DNA of 64,000 nt, from positions 23,819 to 87,818 of the forward strand of contig JBKJSM010000075.1 of the NCBI GenBank assembly GCA_046594445.1, in the 5' to 3' direction. The notes under the pieces are model-generated. The model was not told where the DNA came from. It saw only the letters and a list, made by a program, of their open reading frames with translations, and searched no databases. Shown one piece after another: positions 46,517-55,641 of the stretch (the stretch's first letter is position 1; each line of letters opens with the position of its first letter). The stretch comes from Gaiellaceae bacterium (lineage in GTDB: Bacteria; Actinomycetota; Thermoleophilia; Gaiellales; Gaiellaceae). Both the position numbers and the translations under genes were made by a program.

Positions 46517-47527
46517 TCAGTCGTCCGAGTCGTCGGAATCGTCCGAATCGTCCGAGTCGTCCGTGTCGTCATTGTCCTCATCGTCGTCCTCATGCTTGAT
46601 CTTCCTGAGCACCAGCGTGCCCGTCGCGTCTGCAAAGCACTCCATCTCGACGCGATTGGCGATGGCGAAGCCGCTCAGCGGACGCCGAAGCGTGCAGGTC
46701 ACGGTTGTCGCGGACGAGCCGGGCCGAACCGTGATCGACGTGTCGGAGAGAGCGGTGATCGTGCCCTCCACCGTCAGCTTGTCCCCGTCCTCGTCGAAGT
46801 CGACGCCGTCATCGTCTTTGTCCTTGGCCTCGTCGCCCTGGACTGCGATCAGCGTCAGTTTTCCGTCGAACCCGACGGCGACGATCACCTTCACCTCGTC
46901 GAAGACCTTCACGCCGGCGGGCAGAATGAACCCGGCCGGCAGCGCGAACGCGACATACCCGGCTTTCGCAACGAGGAGCTCGAGATTTCCTCCTCCGAGC
47001 TTGGTCACGATTCCCTCGACCTCGAGGGTGCCGATGTGACCGACCGTCGTGACGGTCGTCGCCACCGGAGTGCCCGTTGCAACAGTGACCGTGGCGATCA
47101 CCTGGTCGCCCGCGGCGGGCGTCTCGGCCGAACCCGAGGCCAGGGCACGCCGGCTCTTCTGGCGCGACAGGGCGAACGTCGAGCCGCCTGCGGAGACGAG
47201 GAGGCGCCTCTGGGCCTGCTGATAGCGGACCACTACCGCCTTGACACGCGCAGTCTTCGCACGGCCCGTGACGCGCACCGCCGACGCCTTATAGGTGCCG
47301 TCGGCGAGCTTGGTACCGGTGACACTGACCCGCTGGCCGATCCGGAGGCTGCGTGCCTTCGGCGATCGTGCCGTCCGGACATGACCGTTCGCAGAGGCCG
47401 TAACGACAGCCGAGCGGCCGTTGTCCTTGGCCACGACAGTTCCCTTCCAGATGGTCGCCGCCGAGGCGGGTGTCGCCGCGGCGAGCAGGCCGGCGACGAC
47501 AGTGAGAAGTACGAGGATGCGCTTCAT
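46517..47527 (-). CDS. secreted repeat protein (DUF5666-like beta modules) with polyacidic tail
   Basis: From ATG 47527: MKRILVLLTVVAGLLAAATPASA... Repeated G.V....G...V......V.V...T modules. Tail HEDDDEDNDDTDDSDDSDDSDDSDD. Confidence 0.75.
   Translation of the reverse strand: MKRILVLLTVVAGLLAAATPASAATIWKGTVVAKDNGRSAVVTASANGHVRTARSPKARSLRIGQRVSVTGTKLADGTYKASAVRVTGRAKTARVKAVVVRYQQAQRRLLVSAGGSTFALSRQKSRRALASGSAETPAAGDQVIATVTVATGTPVATTVTTVGHIGTLEVEGIVTKLGGGNLELLVAKAGYVAFALPAGFILPAGVKVFDEVKVIVAVGFDGKLTLIAVQGDEAKDKDDDGVDFDEDGDKLTVEGTITALSDTSITVRPGSSATTVTCTLRRPLSGFAIANRVEMECFADATGTLVLRKIKHEDDDEDNDDTDDSDDSDDSDDSDD
46520..46564 (-). repeat. about 5 imperfect 9-nt tandem repeats (GTCGTCCGA-like) encoding the (DSD)n tail
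   Basis: Read directly from the sequence, in-frame in the CDS 3' end. Confidence 0.85.
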
Positions 47528-47633
47528 GGCGATTAGCTCCTGTTTGCGGTTACATAGAGCAGGAGTGCCCTCCGGCAGAAAACTTGCGCCCCGGCGCGAA
47601 TTCCTCCGAACAAGGGCTGCGCGGCCTGCGCGG

Positions 47634-48224
47634 CTAAAGGCGTGCGGGCTCGGCGGGCTGCTCGCCCGACGTCGCGAAGGTGATCCCCTCGCGGGCAAGC
47701 GCGAGCTGCACTTCCTCGCGCGCCTTGTAGATGCGCCACTTGACCGTGGCGAGCGTCACCTCGAGCGAGTCGGCGATCTCGGTATAGGAAAGCCCGACGA
47801 CGTCGCGCAGCAGCAGCGCCATCTTCAGGTCGACGCTCAGGTTCTCGACCGCGCGCCAGACGGCGTCGATCGCCTCGACGCGCTCGAACGGGGCGTCGAC
47901 CACTTCGAGCGGCGCAATGTCCTCGAGGTTGACAACCGAGCGGGGACGGCGCTCGAGCGCGCGCAACTCGTCGAGCACGCGGTTCTTCGTCACCTGGAAG
48001 AGCCACGTCGTGAAGCGGCAGCGGAGCGAGAAGTTGGGCAACCCCTGGTAGACGCGGAGAAAGACCTCCTGCGTCAGGTCTTCCGCCAGCGAGCGATCGC
48101 CCACGAGCCGCAGCACGTAGTTGAAGACGGGGACCTCGTACGCTCGGACGATGAGCGAGAACGCGCGCTCATCACCTCGCTGGGCCTTCCGCAGGACGCC
48201 GAGATCAGGCTGGGGCAGCGACAA
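47634..48224 (-). CDS. ECF-type RNA polymerase sigma factor (SigE-like)
   Basis: 196 aa: ...AFSLIVRAYEVPVFNYVLRLVGDRSLAEDLTQEVFLRVY..., ...LLLRDVVGLSYTEIADSLEVTLATVKWRIYKAR. Confidence 0.88.
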   Translation of the reverse strand: MSLPQPDLGVLRKAQRGDERAFSLIVRAYEVPVFNYVLRLVGDRSLAEDLTQEVFLRVYQGLPNFSLRCRFTTWLFQVTKNRVLDELRALERRPRSVVNLEDIAPLEVVDAPFERVEAIDAVWRAVENLSVDLKMALLLRDVVGLSYTEIADSLEVTLATVKWRIYKAREEVQLALAREGITFATSGEQPAEPARL

Positions 48225-48251
48225 GTGGGCGGCAGTATAGCGCCGAGATCG

Positions 48252-49754
48252 TCAAACGGAAGGTCGAGTTTTTGCCGGAGCGCACAAGCTGCCTCCCGTC
48301 ATCTCGGACGGAATGTCCAAGCCCACTAGCCGCAGAGCCGTGGGAGCTAGATCGGCGAGCGCGCCGCCTTCCTTTAGCGTCAGCTCACTCGAGGTGAGGA
48401 CGAGCGGGACGGGATTCGTCGTGTGCGCCGTGTGCGGGCTGACCCCGTCGGCCTCGAGCATCTGCTCGGCGTTGCCGTGGTCGGCCGTCACCAGGCAGAC
48501 GCCGCCTGCGGCGTGCGTCGCGTCAACGACTACGCGCAGGCACTCGTCTGTAACCTCGACCGCCTCCGTGACGGCCGGGATCGAGCCCGTGTGGCCGACC
48601 ATGTCGGGGTTGGCGAAGTTGATCACCGCGAAGCGGTAGCCGTCGCCGATCTCGGCCGCGAAGCGCGCTGCCAGCTCGCGCGCGGACATCTCGGGCTTCA
48701 GGTCGTAGCTCGGAACGTCCCGCGGGCTCGGGACGAGGATGCGCGTCTCCCCCGGCCACTCATTCTCGACGCCGCCGTTGAAGAAGTAGGTGACGTGGGC
48801 GTACTTCTCGGTCTCGGCCGCGTGGAGCTGCCGCGCCCCCGCGGCGGCGAGCGTCTCGGCGAGCGTGTGCGGCACCACCTGCTCTCCGAAGGCGGCGGGC
48901 ACGTGGAGGTCGCCGGAGTAGCTCGTCATCGTCGTCAGGTCGTCGCCGGCCTCGACAAGCTTCTCCGCCAGCTGCCGGCCTCTGTCGGGGCGGAAGTTGA
49001 AGAAGATCGCGGCGTCGCCCGCGCGCAGCCGTGGCGCTCCTTCGACCACGAGCGGCTCGAGGAACTCGTCGGTAATCCCGGCGCCGTAGCTCGCGCGCAC
49101 GTCGTCCACGATCCGGTCGGCGGCGGTCGGCATCCCGCTGCCCTCGACGATCGCGTCGAGCGCCTTCTGCGTCCGCTCCCACCGCTTGTCCCTGTCCATG
49201 GCCCAGTAGCGGCCGACGACCGTCGCGATCCGCTCGGGCGGGAGCTCGGCAAGATCTGAGGCGGCTGAGGTCGGCGAGACATCGCGGCCATCCGTGAAGG
49301 CGTGGATCCAGGTGCGCTCCTCCATCCCCTGCGTCCGCGCGAGCTGGAGCAGCGCCTTGAGGTGGTCGAGGTGGGAGTGGACGCCGCCCTTGGACGCGAG
49401 ACCGAGCAGGTGAACGTCACCGCCGCCGGCGCGCGCCCGCTCGAACGCGTCCACGAACGCGTGATTCTCGAAGAAGGAGCCGTCCCGGATCGCGAAGTTC
49501 ACGCGCTGGAGGTCCTGGAACAGGATCCGGCCCGATCCGATCGTCAGGTGGCCGACCTCCGAGTTGCCCATCTGTCCCTCCGGAAGTCCCACCGCCTCGC
49601 CGGACGCCCTCAACGTCGTGTGGGGGTACTCGCGCCAGAGCGCGTCGAAGACCGGCGTCGCCGCCAGCTCGACCGCGTTCCCCGGTCCGGGCGGCGCGCA
49701 TCCCCAGCCGTCGAGGATGACGAGCGTTACGAGATCGACGCCGCTGCCCGGCAA
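48252..49754 (-). CDS. gpmI: 2,3-bisphosphoglycerate-independent phosphoglycerate mutase
   Basis: 500 aa: ...LVILDGWG..., ...GNSEVGHLTIGSGR..., ...ADHGNAE... The TTG start overlaps the tpiA end. Confidence 0.93.
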   Translation of the reverse strand: MPGSGVDLVTLVILDGWGCAPPGPGNAVELAATPVFDALWREYPHTTLRASGEAVGLPEGQMGNSEVGHLTIGSGRILFQDLQRVNFAIRDGSFFENHAFVDAFERARAGGGDVHLLGLASKGGVHSHLDHLKALLQLARTQGMEERTWIHAFTDGRDVSPTSAASDLAELPPERIATVVGRYWAMDRDKRWERTQKALDAIVEGSGMPTAADRIVDDVRASYGAGITDEFLEPLVVEGAPRLRAGDAAIFFNFRPDRGRQLAEKLVEAGDDLTTMTSYSGDLHVPAAFGEQVVPHTLAETLAAAGARQLHAAETEKYAHVTYFFNGGVENEWPGETRILVPSPRDVPSYDLKPEMSARELAARFAAEIGDGYRFAVINFANPDMVGHTGSIPAVTEAVEVTDECLRVVVDATHAAGGVCLVTADHGNAEQMLEADGVSPHTAHTTNPVPLVLTSSELTLKEGGALADLAPTALRLVGLDIPSEMTGGSLCAPAKTRPSV

Positions 49755-50422
49755 ATTGCCGCGAAGGAGTCGGGCTCGAGCGAGGCGCCGCCGACGAGGG
49801 CGCCGTCGACCGCCGGCTGCGAAAGGAGCTCGGCCGCGTTCTCGGGCTTGACCGAGCCGCCGTAGAGGACCGGCCGGTCGAGGAGCCCCTTGATGAAGGC
49901 GTGCGCCTCCTGCGCCAGCTCGGGCGTCGCTGTCTTGCCCGTGCCGATCGCCCAGACCGGCTCGTAGGCGATCACGAGCCGCTCATGCTCCCCCGCGGCG
50001 AACGCGATCGCCTCGACCTGGATCTTCAGGACCAGCTCAGTGTCACCCGAGTCGCGCTGCTCGAGCGTCTCGCCGACGCAGGCGATCACGCCGAGCCCCG
50101 CGTCGAGCGCGGCCCTGGCCCGCCTCGCCACGGTCTCGTCCGACTCGCCGAAGAGCTGCCGCCGCTCCGAGTGGCCGACGAGCGCGCCCTGGACGCCGAG
50201 CTCGAGCAGCATCGCCGGGGAGACCTCGCCTGTGTAGGCGCCCGAAGTCTCCCAGTGGACGTTCTGCGCGTAGATCGTCTGTCCGCTGGCCACGGCCGCG
50301 GAGAGCGAGACGAACGGCGGGCAGAGGACGACGTCGACGCCCGCGGGCGGGTTGAAGCCGGCGAAGAAGGACTCCGCCTCACCCGGCCCCTTGAACATCT
50401 TCCAGTTCCCTGCGATCAGCAC
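49727..50422 (-). CDS. tpiA: triose-phosphate isomerase
   Basis: 231 aa: IAGNWKM..., ...VGHSERR..., ...AYEPVWAIGTG..., ...LYGGSV. Confidence 0.95.
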   Translation of the reverse strand: MLIAGNWKMFKGPGEAESFFAGFNPPAGVDVVLCPPFVSLSAAVASGQTIYAQNVHWETSGAYTGEVSPAMLLELGVQGALVGHSERRQLFGESDETVARRARAALDAGLGVIACVGETLEQRDSGDTELVLKIQVEAIAFAAGEHERLVIAYEPVWAIGTGKTATPELAQEAHAFIKGLLDRPVLYGGSVKPENAAELLSQPAVDGALVGGASLEPDSFAAICRAAASIS

Positions 50423-50426
50423 TTAC

Positions 50427-51470
50427 CTAATTCTCCGGTATCGCGGCCACGCCAGGGAGCTCCTTGCCCTCGAGCAGCTCCAGTGAGGCGCCGCCGCCGG
50501 TCGAGACCCAGCTCATCTCCTCCGCGAGGCCGAGCTCGTTGACGGCGCGTACAGAGTCGCCGCCGCCGACGACGGTGAACCCGTCGCACTCGGCCATCGC
50601 CTGCGCGATCGCCTTCGTGCCCTCGGCGAAGCGCTCCCATTCGAAAACGCCCATTGGCCCGTTCCAGAAGACGGTTTTCGCGCTCCGGATCTTCGCGCCG
50701 AACGCCTCGCGGGTCTCCGGGCCGATGTCCAGGTCGAGCCAGCCCTCGGGGATCTGGTCCCACGGCACGATCCGGCTCTCCGCGTCCTCGGCGAATTCGG
50801 CCGCGACGACGTAGTCGACCGGCAGCAGCACAGGCGCTTCGAGCGGGTTGTCGGCGCGCAGCTGCTCGGCCATCTTGCCGCCGATCAGCATCGTGTTCAC
50901 GTACTCGGCGAGGTTCTCGAGCACGCCGATCTTGTCCTCGACCTTGAGCCCGCCGACGACGGCGATGTACGGCCGCTCCACGTCCTGCAGCAGCCGTCCG
51001 AGGTGCTCCAGCTCCCGCTCGAGCAGCAAGCCGGCGTAGGCGGGGAGGATGTGCGCGACGGCCTCGGTGGAGGCGTGCGCACGGTGCGCCGAGCCGAACG
51101 CGTCGTTGACGTACAGGTCAGCCCGCTCGGCGAGTTCGTGGGCAAAGCTCGGGTCGTTCTGCGTCTCGCGTGGGTCGAAGCGCGTGTTCTCGAGCACGTC
51201 GATCCGCTCGTCCGGCAGGAGCTCCGCCAGCCGACGGCGGACGGGCTCGATCGAGAAGGCCGGGTCAGGCCCGTCGGGCCGGCCGAGGTGGGAGCAGACG
51301 CGAAGCCGCGACGCTCCGCGCTCAAGCAGCAGCTCGAGCGTCGGCAACGCCGCACGGATGCGCATGTCGTCGGCGATCTTGCCGTCCTCGAGCGGCACGT
51401 TCAGGTCGGCTCGGACGAGCACCGCCTTCCCGCCGACGTCCGCGTCGCGGACCGAGCGCGGCTTCCTCAC
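50427..51470 (-). CDS. pgk: phosphoglycerate kinase (compact form)
   Basis: 347 aa: ...VLVRADLNVPL..., ...SHLGRP..., ...NDAFGSAHRAHAS..., ...WNGPMGVFE..., ...STGGGASLE. Confidence 0.93.
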   Translation of the reverse strand: MRKPRSVRDADVGGKAVLVRADLNVPLEDGKIADDMRIRAALPTLELLLERGASRLRVCSHLGRPDGPDPAFSIEPVRRRLAELLPDERIDVLENTRFDPRETQNDPSFAHELAERADLYVNDAFGSAHRAHASTEAVAHILPAYAGLLLERELEHLGRLLQDVERPYIAVVGGLKVEDKIGVLENLAEYVNTMLIGGKMAEQLRADNPLEAPVLLPVDYVVAAEFAEDAESRIVPWDQIPEGWLDLDIGPETREAFGAKIRSAKTVFWNGPMGVFEWERFAEGTKAIAQAMAECDGFTVVGGGDSVRAVNELGLAEEMSWVSTGGGASLELLEGKELPGVAAIPEN

Positions 51471-51474
51471 GCTG

Positions 51475-52485
<1,011 letters not shown>

Positions 52486-53970
52486 CTAGATGGGGAGCGG
52501 GTACTTTCCGCGCAGGTACCGGAGGTAGGGCTCGGAGTCGAGCCCGCCGCCGGTGATCCGCTCCACCAGCTCCCGCGGCGTGAACTTGCGCCCGTGCTGC
52601 CAGAGGTGCTCGCGCAGCCAGCCGGCGAGCGCGCCGAACTCTCCCTGCTCGAACTGGTCGTCGAGGTCGGGGATCTCGGCGGTCACCTTCTCCCAGAGCT
52701 GGCCCGAGATCACGTTGCCGAGCGCGTAGGTGGAGAAGTAGCCGATCGCGCCGACCGCCCAGTGCATATCCTGGAGGACGCCGAGCGCGTCGTCGGGGGG
52801 CTCGACGCCGAGGTAGTCCCGCATCCGCTGGTTCCAGATCGCGGGCAGGTCCGCAAGGTCGATCGAGCCTGCCAGCAGCTCCTGCTCCAGCTCGAAGCGA
52901 AGGATGATGTGCAGGTTGTAGGTCGCCTCGTCGGCCTCGACGCGGATCAGCGATGGCTCGACCCAGTTGACCGAGCGGTACCAGTCCTCGACGTCGTAGA
53001 CGCCGAGCTCCGGGAACGTCTCCTGCAGCAGCGGATAGAAGTGGCGCCAGAACGGGAGGCTCCGGCCGACCATGTTCTCCCACATCCGGCTCTGCGACTC
53101 GTGCAGGCCGAGCGAAGCGCCGTGGGCGAGCGGCAGGCGCTCGAGCGCCCGGGAGACGCCGTTCTCGTACAGCCCGTGGCCACACTCGTGCATCGTCCCG
53201 AAGAGGCCGTCGAGGTTGTCGTCGAAGTACCGGGTCGTCAGCCGGATGTCCGAGATCGCCACCGCAGAGGCGAACGGGTGCACCGCCGTGTCGAGACGCC
53301 ACTCGCGCGGCGTGAAGCCAAAGCGCTCGATCACCTTCAGCTCGAACTCCTGCTGCCGCTCGATCGGGAACACGACGCCGCTCACCGGCTTGTCGCCGGC
53401 GGGACGGGACGCCGCCACGAGCGGTACCTGATCCTGCTTGATCCGCTCGAACACCGCCCGCACCTCCGCGGTCTTCATGCCGGGCTCGAAGTCGTCGAGC
53501 AGGACGTCGTAGGGCTCGTCGTAGTCGTCGAAGCACTCGACGTAGCGCCGGCGCAGGTCGAAGTTGTGCTCGAGCGCCGGCAGGAACTGCGCGAAGTCTT
53601 TCTCCTGGCGGGCCTTGACCCAGACGGGCATCGCGAGCGACGCGGCGCGGGACATCTCGGCGCGCAGCTCGCCGGGGACGCGGCGAGACTTCTCCCAGTC
53701 GCGGCGAACGAGCCGGATCAGGCTCGCCTCGTCGGACTCGTAGGGCAGCGACTCCTCGAACGGCGCCAGGGTGTCGAGCAGCCGGCCCATCTCGTCGGAG
53801 GTAAGCGCCTCGTGGCCGATGCGCTCGAGCGTGGCGAGCTGCTCGGCCCGAACGGCACCGCCGCCCGGCGGCATCTTCACCTGCTGGTCCCAGGCGAGCA
53901 GCGACGACGTCCGGTCGAGATCCTCGATCTCGCCGACGCGCTCTCTCAGCTCGTTCATCGCGGCCTGCAT
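52486..53970 (-). CDS. M32-family metallocarboxypeptidase (Taq-like)
   Basis: 494 aa. HECGHGLYE zinc motif, then ...HESQSRMWEN..., ...IRVEADEATYNLHI. Confidence 0.88.
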   Translation of the reverse strand: MQAAMNELRERVGEIEDLDRTSSLLAWDQQVKMPPGGGAVRAEQLATLERIGHEALTSDEMGRLLDTLAPFEESLPYESDEASLIRLVRRDWEKSRRVPGELRAEMSRAASLAMPVWVKARQEKDFAQFLPALEHNFDLRRRYVECFDDYDEPYDVLLDDFEPGMKTAEVRAVFERIKQDQVPLVAASRPAGDKPVSGVVFPIERQQEFELKVIERFGFTPREWRLDTAVHPFASAVAISDIRLTTRYFDDNLDGLFGTMHECGHGLYENGVSRALERLPLAHGASLGLHESQSRMWENMVGRSLPFWRHFYPLLQETFPELGVYDVEDWYRSVNWVEPSLIRVEADEATYNLHIILRFELEQELLAGSIDLADLPAIWNQRMRDYLGVEPPDDALGVLQDMHWAVGAIGYFSTYALGNVISGQLWEKVTAEIPDLDDQFEQGEFGALAGWLREHLWQHGRKFTPRELVERITGGGLDSEPYLRYLRGKYPLPI

Positions 53971-54172
53971 CGCCGCGCACCGTACCGCGCGTCGTCGATC
54001 GCAAGCGCCGGTTACGGTCAGAAACCGAGGAATCCCTGGAAAACTCGTTTTTCTAATTTACAACTCAGGTGACGACGGGGCGACTTTCCCCTAATCTTGG
54101 TGCCGCGGGTCCGTGCTCGTTCGGCGTCGGATTCAGACCCCGTCCGTCGTCGGCATCGGAGCGCGGTTTTGC

Positions 54173-54205
54173 GGAGGGGGAGGTCGTCCTCGGAGCTCCC
54201 CCTCC
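54173..54205 (-). terminator. hairpin after whiA (I-shaped terminator candidate)
   Basis: GGAGGGGGAG, a 13-nt loop, then CTCCCCCTCC: a 10-bp stem starting 9 nt after the whiA stop. No U-tract on the minus strand. Confidence 0.45.
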
Positions 54206-54213
54206 GGCCCGCT

Positions 54214-55134
54214 TCATTGCCTTGCGAGCTCTCTGATCTTTTGCAGCCGGCGGTGAACCGAGGCCTTCGTCGCGGGCGGCTCGCACTTCGCAGCAAGCTC
54301 GCGCAGCGGGAGCGTCGGATGCCGCAGTCGGAGCAGGGCGACCTCCTGCAGGCGGTCCGGCAGTCGCTCGAGCGCGCCGTCGCGCTGGAGCGCGCGAACC
54401 GCCTCGAGCTGCTCCTGCGCCGCGCGGCTCGTGCGGACGAGGTTTGCGTGGTCGGCGTTGGCAAGCCGGTTCGCCTCGCCGCGCGCGGCGGCCACGATCG
54501 AGCGCTCCTCGAAGCCGAGCACGGTGTCCCCCGCCCCGGCGGCGCTCAGTACCGCCTCGATCGAGTCGAGCCCCTTCGCGTACGCGATCGCGTGGCGGCC
54601 GCGGTCGAGCACGCCGAGCGTCACGCCCTCGGCGGCGACCACCGAGCGCAGGAACTCGGCACCCTCGAGCGAGGTCGTGCGCAGCTCGAGGTGAGGCGCG
54701 CTTGGGCCTGACAGCGAGCCGCCACCGAGGAGAGCGCCTCGTAGATACGCGCCGCGGCAGCACGCGCGGCCGACGACGCGCTTCGGCGGCCGCTCCACGG
54801 GAGCGTTGCGAGCGTCGAGGACGCCCGCCTCCACGAGCGTCGCCAGCGCGGCTTCGTTGCCGGTGACGTGGAGCTGGTAGCGAGTGGCCCGGTCGAACGA
54901 GCGGCGGCTGTAGGTCCGGATCTCCGAGTGGATCCCGAGCTCGCGCAGGAGCGTGAACGCCCTGCGCGCGACCGCCGGGGTCGCGAGGTCGAGGTGGAGC
55001 GCGATCTCGCCGCGGCCGCGCAGGTGAATGCTGCCGGCCGAGTGGAAGAGGGCGGAAACTTCCGCCAGCCGGCAACAGCCCCGCTTGGGCGCGATCGCAG
55101 CCAGCTCCGCGCGGAGCTCGTCAGAGAGAGCCAT
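54214..55134 (-). CDS. whiA: DNA-binding sporulation/cell-division regulator WhiA
   Basis: Last 306 aa of ORF 54214..57060, from ATG 55134: MALSDELRAELAAIAPKRGCCRLAEVSALFH... LAGLIDADG-like core and a C-terminal HTH ...PTLPLRELAAKCEPPATKASVHRRLQKI. Confidence 0.92.
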   Translation of the reverse strand: MALSDELRAELAAIAPKRGCCRLAEVSALFHSAGSIHLRGRGEIALHLDLATPAVARRAFTLLRELGIHSEIRTYSRRSFDRATRYQLHVTGNEAALATLVEAGVLDARNAPVERPPKRVVGRACCRGAYLRGALLGGGSLSGPSAPHLELRTTSLEGAEFLRSVVAAEGVTLGVLDRGRHAIAYAKGLDSIEAVLSAAGAGDTVLGFEERSIVAAARGEANRLANADHANLVRTSRAAQEQLEAVRALQRDGALERLPDRLQEVALLRLRHPTLPLRELAAKCEPPATKASVHRRLQKIRELARQ

Positions 55135-55616
55135 TACCACGTCCCACCCTCGAGGCCCAGGAGCCGGCGCTTGTACTCGACGCCGAGCGAGCCGTAGCCC
55201 CCGATTCCGCCGACCGAGACGACGCGGTGGCAGGGGACGAAGAGCGAGAAGCGGTTCTCGGCGCAGAACATCCCGGCTGCCCGAGCCGCCCGGGCGCGGC
55301 CGGCGAGCGCCGAGAGCTCGCCGTAGCTGACGACCTCTCCCCAGGGCACACGGCGCAACGCCTCGGCGAGCGACGTCTGGAACGGCGTCGCCCAGTCCCC
55401 GTCGAGTGGCACGTCGGCGAACGAGCTGCGCTCGCCCGCGAAGTAGCCGTGCAAGCGCTCCACGAGCTCCGCTGCGAAGTCGCCGCCCGCGCCGGGCCCG
55501 CCGAGCCCGACTCCGGGCGCGGGCGGGTCGTGCGCTACGACGACGCGGCCGTCGCCGATCCACAGCTCGCCCACTCCCCAGCCCTCGACCTTGTAGGGAT
55601 GCCTCGTCACGCGCAT
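55134..55616 (-). CDS. ogt: methylated-DNA--protein-cysteine methyltransferase
   Basis: From ATG 55616 (MRVTRHPYKVEGWG...). Active site ...VPCHRVV... and ...SYGELSALAG. Its stop overlaps the whiA ATG (TAATG). Confidence 0.88.
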   Translation of the reverse strand: MRVTRHPYKVEGWGVGELWIGDGRVVVAHDPPAPGVGLGGPGAGGDFAAELVERLHGYFAGERSSFADVPLDGDWATPFQTSLAEALRRVPWGEVVSYGELSALAGRARAARAAGMFCAENRFSLFVPCHRVVSVGGIGGYGSLGVEYKRRLLGLEGGTW

Positions 55617-55624
55617 CGACGCCG

Positions 55625-55634
55625 ACTCTACAAT
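55625..55634. promoter_or_regulatory. back-to-back -10 boxes for ogt (TAGAGT, minus) and pruA (TACAAT, plus)
   Basis: ACTCTACAAT. Plus strand: TACAAT, 7 nt, then GTG 55642. Minus strand: TAGAGT, 8 nt, then ATG 55616. The spacer is 25 bp. Confidence 0.5.
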
Positions 55635-55641
55635 CGCCACC

